DNA of 21,584 nucleotides from a virus (lineage: Duplodnaviria > Heunggongvirae > Uroviricota > Caudoviricetes), in IMG/VR virus record IMGVR_UViG_2534682080_000009. One strand, written 5' to 3'. A program made the position numbers and the translations under genes. The notes beneath the pieces are model-generated. The model saw nothing but the letters and a program-made list of their open reading frames with translations, had not been told where the DNA came from and did no database searches. Positions 8,952-19,407 of this stretch are shown in pieces (the first letter of the stretch is position 1; the number at the start of each line of letters is the position of its first letter).

Positions 8952-11900
8952 TCAACGAATACTGATGCCGGAAGCGGCTTTTTTGGTCACAATCACCGTA
9001 CAGTCGGTGATATTGCCTGCCCCCTGATTGCCTTTCTGGAAAATCTTAAACTCCAGAGTGACGCTACCACCACCACTAGGCATATCAATAACTGCACTGT
9101 AACTACCGGGAATGGCCCCTTTAGTTTCTCTGGATGCGATTAATACGCCGTTTTTGCGAACTTCAAAACCATAACCCGTGTATCGCGTGCCTCCTGGGTT
9201 ATTTCCGCTCCCCGGATCGTCATACGCTATACCGTTAAAAATAATGGGCGGAATAATAATCTGGCGGTCAAAGTTATGATCATCGCTGATGGTGACTGTA
9301 ACCGTACCGTTTGGTGTTTCCGTGTTACCCCACGTACCGACTTTTTTCGGGAAGGCTTTTGATACAGCTTTAACGATATCCCCTCTGACCTGGGTCGCCT
9401 CCAGCATGCCCTTAATCGTACAGTTCTGGTTAATCGTGACATTGTTGAGCGTTCCTGAGTTCGCATTCACACTACCACTGATATCCGCATTTTTAGCGGT
9501 CAGCTTTCCGTCTGATGTCAGGGAAAATACCGGAGGACTGCCACCGCTGGTAATGGTGGGGGCCGTCAGGCGTTTCAGGAACACTTCATTCATGAATATC
9601 TGATCGCCCTGACCAACAAACATCGGCTTTTGTGTTGCCATTCGCAGGATTAATCATCGCAATCCTGTCTGCTGCCAGCAGCACCTGACTCTGCATGCCG
9701 TCAGGGGTGTTCTCAATACCGGCACCGATACCCGCAATATAAAGGCGTCCGTCCTGCATCTGCTGCAGCTTCACTGCCCACATGCTGTTCAGGTTATTAT
9801 TTGTATCAACCTGAACCTTCTGTATCTGCTGGATTGCCGCACTCTGGTCTTCCAGTTTCTTATTGACGGTCTGTGTTATTTCATTGCTGACATCCGTTAT
9901 GGTCGTCCTGATTTCAGTCAGGTCAGGCGCAAGCTGACCGTTATCAATCTGCGTCCACAGCTCCTGAGCCAGATGGGTTTTCCCTATCTCGCCTTTGAAA
10001 AAATCCAGATAGCCTGATGCATCATCACTCGGCTGACCGACAGCCTCCACGAATGCCGATTTGCCAACGGTGTTCACACTGCGAACGTAAAAATAATAAT
10101 CATGGCCCGGTTTGATATTGATACTGGCGGCTATCCAGTACAGTGCCGTACCAAGATAACGCGCGCTGGTTTCAACCTGCCTGATATCCGCAATCCGTTT
10201 TTCCGAGAACCAGAACTCAAACTGTACCGTCGGGTCATAAACCGCAAGATGCGGCGTGGCGGTTATCTGAAAATAGCCCGGCGTCAGCTCAATCCGCGAC
10301 GGCGCTGCCGGTGCGGCAATCCGGAACGATACCGACGCCGGATCGCCCTGCTGCCCCCACGCATTTACTGCCCGGACTGTCAGCCTGTAGTTCCCCAGAG
10401 CCAGTTGTGTGAAGCGGTAAGTGGTTTCCGTCGTCCGGGCCGTGCTGACCAGCCGCTCACGGCCGTCATCCGCTGCCACGGTCAGGCGAAGCAGGAAGCT
10501 CACGCCCTTCACCACCTTCGGCGTGTCCCAGCGCGCCAGCACCTGGTATTCCCCGCTGTCTGCGGTGACTTCTGCGGTCAGGTGCTGCACCGCTGGCGGC
10601 GTGACACCATTTACCGTGCCGCTCTGGTCGCCGTCAAAGTGCGCCCCGTTATCCACGATGGCCTCTTTTTCCGGTACATGCTGCACGGCGGTGATGGCAT
10701 ACGTGCCGTCGTCGTTCTCACGGATACTCACGCAGCGGAACAGGCGCTGGCGCAACGTCGACAGCTTCAGCCCCCATACGCTGTATTCAGCAACGCCGTC
10801 AGGAACACGGCTCACTTTCACCTTCACGCCGTCGGTGACGGACTGAACCTCCACGCTGACCGGACTCCCCTGCCCGTCAACCAGGCTTATCAGCGTGGTG
10901 CCGGAAGATGGCAGCGTGATTTCACGGTCGAGCGTCAGCGTCCGGGTCTGGCTGTTTACCGCCAGCACGCGCCCGCCGGTGCGGATACCGGCATAGTCAT
11001 CATCGCAGATTTCAATGACATCGCCCGGTACATGGCGAAGCCCTTCGGCACCCACGCTGAAGTCCACGGTCTGCGTTTCCAGCAGTTCTGTTTTAATCAG
11101 CCACAGCCCGGCGCGGTGTGCCTGCCCCCGGCTGGTACAGCCAAAAGCATCCATCTTCGTGACGTTACGACCGTAACGGGCAATGGCCCGCGTGTCCTCC
11201 ACAAGCTCTGTCGCCGTCTCCCAGCCGTTATTCGGGTCAATCCAGTTCACCTCAACGGCATTATGGCGGTCCTTCAGGGCGCTGAAGCTGTAGCGGAACG
11301 GCGCACCATCATCCGGCATCACCACATTACTGCGGTTATAGGTCCACACCTTATCCGACGGTCGGTCCTGCACGAACGTCAGCGTCTGCCCGTTCCATAC
11401 CGGCATACAGCGCATCGCAGAGCAGAAATCACTGAGCACATCCCACGCCTTGCGCTGTGTGGTCAGGTACGCATTACAGGTGATGCGCGGCTCTGTGCCG
11501 CCAAAACCGTCCGGCACCGACTGATCGCAATGCTGGCCGATGACATACAGCGCCCATTTGTCCACATCCGCCGCACCAAGACGTTTCCCCATGCCGTAGC
11601 GCGGATGGGTCAGCATATCCCACAGACACCAGGCCATGTTGTTGCTGTATGCTGGCTTAAACGTTCCGTCCCAGATACCGCTGTATTGCCGCGTCTGCGG
11701 GTTATAGTTCGACGGCACCTGCAGAATGCGCCCGCGCAGATGATAATTACGGCTCACCTGCTGGCTGCCGAACTGCTCCGAATCCACCTGCACGCCGACC
11801 AGTGCCGTGTTCGGGTAGCACTGTTTCACATCGATGATTTCGGTGTATGACGACCAGAGCGTTTTGTTCTGCAGCTGGTCTGTGGTGCTGTCCGGCGTCA

Positions 11901-12450
11901 TCCTGCGCATCCGTATATTGAACGGGCGCGGCGGCAGGTTACCCACCACCACCGAGGCCAGATACTGCGAGGTGGTTTTGCCCTTAATGGTGATGTCTTT
12001 TTCCGTCACCCAGCCACCATTACGCTGGATCTGAACCAGCAGGCGGACTTCCGACGGATTCCGGTCCCCCTTTGAGGTGGTTTCCACCAGTGCCTGCACG
12101 CCGAAGGTAAAGCGCAGACGGTCGATGTTTGCAGACGTAATGGTGCGGGTGATCGGCGTGTCATATTTCACTTCCGTACCCAGCACCGTCTCGGAGCCGG
12201 AGGATTCAAACCCCTCCGGCGGTGTCTGCTCCTGCTCACCGGCACGGAACACCACCGTGACACCGGAGATGTTGGTATTCCCCTCAGTGTCCAGCACCGG
12301 CGTACTGTTCAGCAGCACGCTTTTTAATCCATCCACCGGACCTTCAACCGGCCCTTCGCTGATGGCATCGATCACACTCAGCAGCTGCGTGGACTTCAGG
12401 TTGTCCTTCGCTTCGCGCGGGGTATGCCCCTTACTGCTGCCTTTACCCAT
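8952..12450 (-). CDS. J: tail tip / host-specificity protein J (central tail fibre); frame broken near 9625-9631, possible pseudogene or sequencing error
   Basis: ORF 9586..12450 (954 aa) starts [34 protein letters not shown]..., recognised as lambda gpJ. It is continued in another frame by ORF 8952..9641 (229 aa). The two overlap by 56 bp, consistent with a single-base indel. Confidence 0.85.
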
Positions 12451-12510
12451 TCCTCACGCTCCATAAATGACAAAACCGCCCGCAGGCGGTTTCACATAAA
12501 ACATTTTGCA

Positions 12511-13182
12511 TCAGCGACCAATCACCACAACCTGACCACCGTCCCCTTCGTCTGCCGTGCTGATCTCCTGAGAAACCACGCGAGACCCCACGCGCATTTC
12601 CCCGTACAGAACAGGCAGAACATTGCCCTGGGCAACCATGTTATCCAGTGAGGAGAAATAGGTGTTCTGCTTACCGTTATCCGTTGTCTGTGTACGGGGA
12701 GTTCTGGCTTTCGGTGCCAGCATCTGCGCCACACCACCGAGCACCATACTGGCACCGAGAGAAAACAGGATGCCGGTCATACCACCGGTCCCAATGGCTG
12801 CCCCCCATGCTGCAAGGGTGGCTCCGGCGGTAAAGAATGATCCGGCAATGGCGGCAGCCCCCAGGACAATCTGGAATACGCCACCTGACTTGGCCCCGGC
12901 GACTCTGGGAACAATATGAATCACAGCGCCATCAGGCAGAGTCTCATGTAACTGCGCCGTTAACCCGGACGTGCTGACGTCCCGCCCGGCAATCCGTACC
13001 TGATACCAGCCGTCGCTCAGTTTCTGACGAAACGCCGGGAGCTGTGTGGCCAGTGCCCGGATGGCTTCAGCCCCCGTTTTCACACGAAGGTCGATGCGGC
13101 GACCAAATCGTTGTAAATCCCCGTAAAGGCAGATGCGCGCCATGCCCGGTGACGCCAGAGGGAGTGTGTGCGTCGCTGCCAT
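12511..13182 (-). CDS. I: tail tip assembly protein I
   Basis: 223-aa ORF MAATHTLPLASPGMARICLYGDLQRFGRR... recognised as lambda gpI. Its 5' end overlaps the 3' end of K by 103 bp. Confidence 0.9.
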   Translation of the reverse strand: MAATHTLPLASPGMARICLYGDLQRFGRRIDLRVKTGAEAIRALATQLPAFRQKLSDGWYQVRIAGRDVSTSGLTAQLHETLPDGAVIHIVPRVAGAKSGGVFQIVLGAAAIAGSFFTAGATLAAWGAAIGTGGMTGILFSLGASMVLGGVAQMLAPKARTPRTQTTDNGKQNTYFSSLDNMVAQGNVLPVLYGEMRVGSRVVSQEISTADEGDGGQVVVIGR

Positions 13183-13824
13183 TTGTCGGTGTACCTCTCT
13201 CGTTTGCTCAGTTGTTCAGGAATATGGTGCAGCAGCTCGCCGTCGCCGCAGTAAATTGCGGCGTGATTCGGCACTGATGAACCAAAACAGCACAGCAGCA
13301 CATCGCCCGGCTGTGCCGCTGACAACGGCACCTGATACAGCCCCGTCGCCTCCAGATTATCCAGATAGAGATTCTGGCCGTTACGCCACCAGTCATCCTC
13401 ACGATAAAAGTCCGGCATCTCAATCCCCGCCAGATGATAAGCATCCCGGAACAGTGTGTAACAGTCCGTCACACCGTGCTCAAAGCGCCGCCCGGTGAGA
13501 TGCGGCACACAGCGGAACTTATGAATCGTCCCCCGGCAGACCAGCCACCACGGCAAAATCACTCTGCACCTGCAGCCGCCGGTCGGCCTCACTCAGCCAG
13601 GGCAGACCACCGGGGTGGCTGTGGACCAGCGCCACAATCTCACCCTGCATTTCTGCCTGCAGCCAGTCTTCCGGCGACATACGGAAATACGCCTCCGGCT
13701 CACCGGAGATATTCACGCAGGGAAAATATCTTTCCCCCTCCGGCGTGCTTACCACGAAGCCGCACGACTCCGCTGGCGCACATCGCCGGGCGTGCGCCAG
13801 AATCGCTGATTCTGTCTGTGTCAT
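13080..13824 (-). CDS. K: tail tip assembly protein K (JAMM/MPN-like plus NlpC/P60-like); frame broken near 13555-13558
   Basis: ORF 13519..13824 (MTQTESAILAHARRC..., with the JAMM-like motif HSHPGGLPWLSEAD) and ORF 13080..13592 (..LPWWLVCRGTIHKF..., Cys-containing NlpC/P60-like part) are in different frames. The break falls at a T run (minus strand GATTTTGCC). Confidence 0.8.
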
Positions 13825-13829
13825 GGGAT

Positions 13830-14527
13830 TTACTGCGAAAGTTTGTTAATGGAAAGGAAGCTGCCAAAGTTGCCGACATTATTGCGAAACTTACAGCCAC
13901 TCAGGCATTTGCTGCATTTATCCTTCGTGATATCGGACGTCGGCTGGTCATATTCATCCGCGACCGCCGGACCGCTATAACCGCACTCATCGCCGCGATA
14001 GGTCCAGGTGCAGGTGTTGGCCAGCATGATACGTCCCGGAAAAACAGCGCCATCCGTTTCCGTCGGCGTGGACAGTACAAAGGAGGCACTCACCGCGCTC
14101 AGTTCGCTGCACTGCTCAATGCGCCAGCGGCTGATCACCTCCTGCTCCGGATCGGCGTAACTGTTTCCGTTGACGAAGTTCACCGCATCCAGAAAACGGG
14201 CGTAAACCTTACGCCGGACCACCGTTCCGCCGACCAGACTCTGCATATCTTCCGCCATCCCGGTGACCATACCGTACAGGTTAGAAACCGTCAGCGTGGG
14301 GCGCGTACTGGTGCCTTTGCCATTCAGTTCAAAACCGCTCCCCTGAATGGGATACGGCTGATACTGTCGCCCCTGCCAGGTGACCGGCTCACCTTTTTCG
14401 TTCTGCTCATTACAGAAAAATAACGTTCTCCACCGACCTCTGTCAGGTCGATTTCCCAGAGCACCACGCTGGCCGACTGCTCCGCACGGGTGCATTCATT
14501 CAGTGTTTCCTGCCGGATATCCTGCAT
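13830..14527 (-). CDS. L: tail tip protein L; frame broken at 14416-14420
   Basis: ORF 14324..14527 starts MQDIRQETLNECTRAEQSASVVLWEIDLTEVGGERYF and ORF 13830..14495 carries the remainder, ending with the Cys cluster KDKCSKCLSGCKF. The frame switches at a T5 run on the minus strand. The ATG overlaps the M stop as ATGA. Confidence 0.85.
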
Positions 14528-14856
14528 CAGTTCACCACCTGTTCAAACTCTGCGCTGAACTCAACACGCAACATACTGACCCGCGACGACCATTTTACGC
14601 AGGTCACCTTTATCTGCCGCCACTCATAAGGCGGCGTCCACAGAAAGGATTTCCAGCCCCCGTGCTCTTCCAGAAACGACTCCAGTACCGTGGCCTCCTC
14701 ACGGGGGACAGAAAGCGTCACGCTGTACGTTTTCAGGTTGGCATTCAGCCCGGCAGGCGCTCGCTGAGAATAGCCATCACCAAAGCGCACCTTTCTTACA
14801 GAAGGGACCGAAGCCACATCCATACCGGGTTTCACTTTCCAGCGGAAGGTCTTCAT
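14527..14856 (-). CDS. M: tail tip protein M
   Basis: 109-aa ORF MKTFRWKVKPGMDVASVPSVRKVRFGDGYSQRAPAGLNANLK... recognised as lambda gpM. Intact. Confidence 0.9.
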   Translation of the reverse strand: MKTFRWKVKPGMDVASVPSVRKVRFGDGYSQRAPAGLNANLKTYSVTLSVPREEATVLESFLEEHGGWKSFLWTPPYEWRQIKVTCVKWSSRVSMLRVEFSAEFEQVVN

Positions 14857-17415
14857 CGTCCACCTCCGGAGAACAGGCCACCATCACGCATCTGTGTCTG
14901 AATTTCATCACGGGCACCCTTGCGGGCCATGTCATACACCGCCTTCAGAGCAGCCGGACCTATCTGCCCGTTCGTGCCGTCGTTGTTAATCACCACATGG
15001 TTATTCTGCTCAAACGTCCCGGACGCCTGCGACCGGCTGTCTGCCATGCTGCCCGGTGTACCGACATAACCGCCGGTGGCATAGCCGCGCATCAGCCGGT
15101 AAAGATTCCCCACGCCAATCCGGCTGGTTGCCTCCTTCGTGAAGACAAATTCACCACGGTGAACAATCCCCGCTGGCTCATATTTGCCGCCGGTTCCCGT
15201 AAATCCTCCGGTTGCAAAATGGAATTTCGCCGCAGCGGCCTGAATGGCTGTACCGCCTGACGCGGATGCGCCGCCACCAACAGCCCCGCCAATGGCGCTG
15301 CCGATACTCCCGACAATCCCCACCATTGCCTGCTTAAGCAGAATTTCTGTCATCATGGACAGCACGGAACGGGTGAAGCTGCGCCAGTTCTGCTCACTGC
15401 CGGTCAGCATCGCCGCCATATTCTGTGCAATACCATCAAAGGTCTGCGTGGCTGCACTTTTTACCTGCGACATACTGTCCGTGGCGCTCTCTTCCCACTC
15501 ACTCCAGCCGGACTTCAGGCCTGCCATCCAGCTCCCGCGAAGCTGGTCTTCAGCCGCCCAGGTCTTTTTCTGCTCTGACATGACGTTATTCAGCGCCAGC
15601 GGATTTATCGCCATACTGTTCCTTCAGGCGCTGTTCCGTGGCTTCCCGTTCTGCCTGCCGGTCAGTCAGCCCCCGGCTTTTCGCATCAATGGCGGCCCGT
15701 TTTGCCCGTTGCTGCTGTGCGAATTTATCCGCCTGCTGCGCCAGCGCGTTCAGGCGCTCCTGATACGTAACCTTGTCGCCAAGTGCAGCCAGCTGGCGTT
15801 TGTACTCCAGCGTCTCATCTTTATGCGCCAGCAGGGATTTCTCCTGTGCAGACAGCTGGCGACGTTGCGCCGCCTCCTCCGGTACCGCGAACTGACTCTC
15901 CGCCTTCCACAAATCCCGGCGCTGCTGGCTGATTTTCTCATTTGCTCCGGCATGCTTCTCCAGCGTCCGGAGTTCTGCCTGAAGCGTCAGCAGGGCAGCA
16001 TGAGCACTGTCTTCCTGACGATCGCCCGCAGACACCTTCACGCCGGACTGTTTCGGCTTTTTCAGCGTCGCTTCATAATCCTTTTTCGCCGCCGCCATCA
16101 GCGTGTTGTAATCCGCCTGCAGGATTTTCCCGTCTTTCAGTGCCTTGTTCAGTTCTTCCTGACGGGCGGTATATTTCTCCAGCGGCGTCTGCAGGCGTTC
16201 ATAAGCCTTCTGCGCCTCTTCGGTATATTTCAGCCGTGACGCTTCGGTATCGCTCTGCTGCTGCGCATTTTTGTCCTGTTGACTCTGCTGCTCAGCCTTC
16301 TTTCGGGCGGCTTCAAGCGCAAGACGGGCCTTTTCACGATCATCCCAGTAACGCGCCCGCGCTTCATCGTTAACAAAATAATCATCCTTGCGCAGATTCC
16401 AGATATCGTCCGCTTTCTTAAACGCGGCCTCTGCCTTAATCAGCATCTCCTGCGCGGTATCAGGACGACCAATATCCAGCACCGCATCCCACATGGATTT
16501 GAATGCCCGTGCTGTCCTGTCTGCCCAGGTTTCCAGCGTGCCCATGTTCTCTTTCAGGCGGCGGGTCTGGTCATCAAACCCTTTCGTTGCGGCCTCGTTC
16601 GCCGCCTGCAATGCCCCGGCTTCATCGCCGGAACGCTGCAACTGAGCAACATACGCAATCTGCTCCGCCGTCACGTTACTGGAACTGGCGTGCCATCGCC
16701 GTCAGCCCGACGTCGGGTCTGTGGTCAGCTTCCCGAAGGCTTCAGCGACCTTGTCCACCTCCACGCCGGATGCAGAGGAGAAACGCGCCACACTCTGGCT
16801 GATGGACGCAATCTGAGCCTCACCGCTTACCCCCGCCTTAACCAGTGCGCTGAGTGACTCGCTGGTCTGGTTAAACGTCAGCCCTGCCGCCTGCCCGGCT
16901 CTGGACAGGACCAGCATACGATCTGCCGTCAGTCCCGCCTGATTGCCGGAAAGGACCAGCGTTTTGTTGAAATCGGACAGGGTTGAGTTGCCCTGATACC
17001 AGGCATACGCCAGCGCTCCGGTCGCCACCGCCAGCGAGGTAGCCCCCACCATCGGCAGGGTGATCGCACCGGCAAGCCCCCGGAACATGGGGATCATCCC
17101 GCCGAAGGAGTCCTTCACCTGACCCCCCTGTTGCAGCAGGATCAGCCACGGACTTTGCCCGCCTGCAAGCTGCGTGGCCACGTCGGTGAACTGTGCAGGC
17201 AGCATACGCATGGCGGCTTTATACTGCCCGACGGAAATCCCCGCTTTCTGTGCAGCCAGCGCCTGTCGGCTCAGCGACTGTTCAACGACTGCCGCTGTTT
17301 TTTTCGCATCAGTTTCCGTACCGGAAAAATGACGCCTGACTCTGGCCATCTGCTCGCCAAATCTGGCCGCATCCAGACTTAAATCAACGACCAGATCGCC
17401 TACCGGTTCAGCCAT
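14853..17415 (-). CDS. H: tail tape measure protein H; disrupted by an internal out-of-frame patch with an in-frame TGA (about 16677-16708) and a further frameshift (about 15601-15609)
   Basis: Three consecutive ORFs (16702..17415, 15586..16674, 14853..15614) together give an 853-codon tape-measure-like protein (MAEPVGDLVVDLSLDAARF... to ...RDGGLFSGGGR) with a coiled-coil Ala/Gln/Glu/Lys-rich centre and Gly-rich C-terminus. The first two ORFs are in the same frame, separated by a 9-codon scrambled stretch. Confidence 0.85.
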
Positions 17416-17842
17416 ACCGGACTCCTCCTGCGATCCCTTCTGATACTGTCATCAGCATTACGTCATCCTCCGTCATGTCCGCCACATCCGGGGAAGCGGG
17501 GATAACTTCATTCCCTTCCGGGCCAAAGCGGACGCCTCCGGCAAGCCCTGCCGCTTTCTGCATCAGCACATCATCTTCAGGCTCTTCGTCAGCCTCACGC
17601 CGGTTCAGCAGACTGAAATCCAGCGGATGCATATCCGGATCGCTGAAAAACAGGCTGAGCACGGTGTACGTCAGCCCGGAAAAGTGCATATCCAGCAGAA
17701 CATCATGAAAATAATGGGTACTGTAAAAGCGGTGCCAGTCGGCATACTCCGTGGATGACATCCCGGCAAGCATGGCACGCCAGTCGGGTCGCCCCATCTC
17801 TCGCGCCAGTTTCAGGGCAAAACTCAGCTCACCATCGAACAC
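17408..17842 (-). CDS. T: tail assembly protein T reading frame (expressed as the G-T fusion by programmed -1 frameshift)
   Basis: 144-codon frame overlapping the 3' end of G, translation ...HRFYSTHYFHDVLLDMHFSGLTYTVL... recognised as lambda gpT. No independent Shine-Dalgarno expected. Confidence 0.8.
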   Translation of the reverse strand: MFDGELSFALKLAREMGRPDWRAMLAGMSSTEYADWHRFYSTHYFHDVLLDMHFSGLTYTVLSLFFSDPDMHPLDFSLLNRREADEEPEDDVLMQKAAGLAGGVRFGPEGNEVIPASPDVADMTEDDVMLMTVSEGIAGGVRYG

Positions 17843-18246
17843 TTTCCCGCAGAAACAGGCTCTGCAGGCCCGGCGTCCTCTGTCTGTTCAGGAGCATCAT
17901 TCACCACAAACTCATACATACCGGACAGCCGGTACACCACGTTTTCAGCATGAGAAATTGCCTCCGTGGGCCAGGTGGTAAGCACTTCCTGCTCAATCTG
18001 TTTAACGGCTTCATTCATGGAAGGCAGCTTTGTCTTCTTCGGATGGTTATGCCACAGGGACATCGCCACCAGAAACGCGCCGGTTCTGATGGCGTCTTCC
18101 ACAGTAAACTTCCGGTTGCTGTCTGACTCCGCCTGTTCTGCCTGCCGTTTCATCAGGGCGAGATGCTCAATACGCTGCAGGGCTGACAGTTCAGAAAGCG
18201 TGACGGTCACACCGTTATGTTCAAATGATTCGGTTTTCAGGAACAT
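17824..18246 (-). CDS. G: tail assembly chaperone G
   Basis: 140-aa ORF MFLKTESFEHNGVTVTLSELSALQRIEHLALMKRQAEQ... ending ..AGKCSMVS, recognised as lambda gpG. Confidence 0.9.
   Translation of the reverse strand: MFLKTESFEHNGVTVTLSELSALQRIEHLALMKRQAEQAESDSNRKFTVEDAIRTGAFLVAMSLWHNHPKKTKLPSMNEAVKQIEQEVLTTWPTEAISHAENVVYRLSGMYEFVVNDAPEQTEDAGPAEPVSAGKCSMVS
17842..17848 (-). other. programmed -1 ribosomal frameshift slippery heptamer GGGAAAG (G to G-T)
   Basis: Minus-strand sequence ...TCT GCG GGA AAG TGT TCG ATG GTG AGC TGA: GGGAAAG sits 6 codons before the G stop and the -1 frame continues into T. Confidence 0.7.
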
Positions 18247-18261
18247 CTCTGACTCCCCGGA

Positions 18262-19004
18262 TTAACTGGCGGTGACGGTGATTTCTGCAACCGCAGCAAA
18301 CTCACCATTACCGGATACAACCGGAATGTTGACCTTGCCTGCAGCAACGCCGTTCACGGTGACGGTCATACCACTGACCGACACGGTGGCTTTTGTTTTA
18401 TCCGCAGACACCGCACGAAAGCTCTTGTCGGTTACGCCCTCCGGCTGGAAGGCCACGGTCAGCGTGGTGCTCTGCCCTTTCACCACCGAGGTGCTGGCAG
18501 GCGTCACGGTCATGCCGGTTGCCGCTGTTACCGTGCTGCGATCTTCTGCCATCGACGGACGTCCCACATTGGTGACTTTCACCGTGCGGGTGATCACTTC
18601 CTTCGCCGTCTACCGCCTTACCGATACTGCTGACCCAGCCACGGAACACATCGACCGTGCCGTTCGGGAAGCGGATTTTATAGGCACGGGTATCGCCTTC
18701 ATTAAACCACGCCAGCAGCGCCTGCTGCCCCTGCTCTCCGGGCATCCACGCCAGCGTGAAGCTGGTATCTCCGGCAGATTTCTGCCCCTGCCCGGTCGCA
18801 GTCCAGTCTGCATCTTCATCATCGAGATAGCTGTCGTCATAGGACTCAGCGGTCAGTTCGCCGGGCGTCAGGTCTTTAACTTTTGCCAGACGCGACCAGT
18901 CAACGTCTGAAAGCGGATTTCGCATAAGGGTCACCGCTCCCCTTATAAACCCACAGGGTGGTCCCGGCACCTTTCACCGGCATTGTAGGATTTGGTACAG
19001 GCAT
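18262..19004 (-). CDS. V: major tail tube protein V; frame broken twice (about 18918-18920 and 18604-18612)
   Basis: ATG at 19004 gives [28 protein letters not shown] then leaves frame. ORF 18398..18970 carries ..[29 protein letters not shown]...VSSIGKAV in a second frame. ORF 18262..18597 carries [20 protein letters not shown]...AEITVTAS (Ig-like C-terminal domain) in the third frame. Confidence 0.85.
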
Positions 19005-19011
19005 AGCGTCC

Positions 19012-19407
19012 TCACATTTCATAGGTAATGACATAAGTCAGATCGGCTGAACTCCACAGGCCCGCATCATCGTCGCGCCGGTAGTCATAGCCGCTGGCCA
19101 CCATACTGGTGATCAAATCTGACAGTGCCGGGATATCGCTCATCACCGGATAAATCCGGGACTCCATCCACGCATCCAGCTCTGAATCCGGCACCTGAGC
19201 AGGCAGGAAAACTTCGATATGCAGCTCCGCCTGCCAGGTATCGCTGTCCAGCTCTTCGCCCGTGTATTCAGCGCCGGTGAGATAAACGGCAACTGCCGGA
19301 AAATCCGCCTCATCAAAAACAGCGGGGCGACCATCAAAAAACGTCGCCCCGGTGTCATGCTTCTCCAGTGCATCCAGTACGGCTGCACGGAGTTCAGTAT
19401 GTTTCAT
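19012..19407 (-). CDS. U: tail terminator protein U
   Basis: 131-aa [46 protein letters not shown]... recognised as lambda gpU. Overlaps the Z stop as ATGA. Confidence 0.9.

Noticed and set aside
10102-11850. 582-aa ORF on the plus strand, antisense to J
   Set aside because: Arg/Pro/His-rich, no recognisable domain, lies entirely inside a well-supported gene on the other strand. Typical open antisense frame of GC-rich coding DNA.
13434-16239. Long plus-strand ORFs (13434..14423 and 15244..16239) antisense to L/K and H
   Set aside because: Low-complexity, Arg/Leu-rich translations with no start context. Composition artefacts of the GC-rich tail genes.
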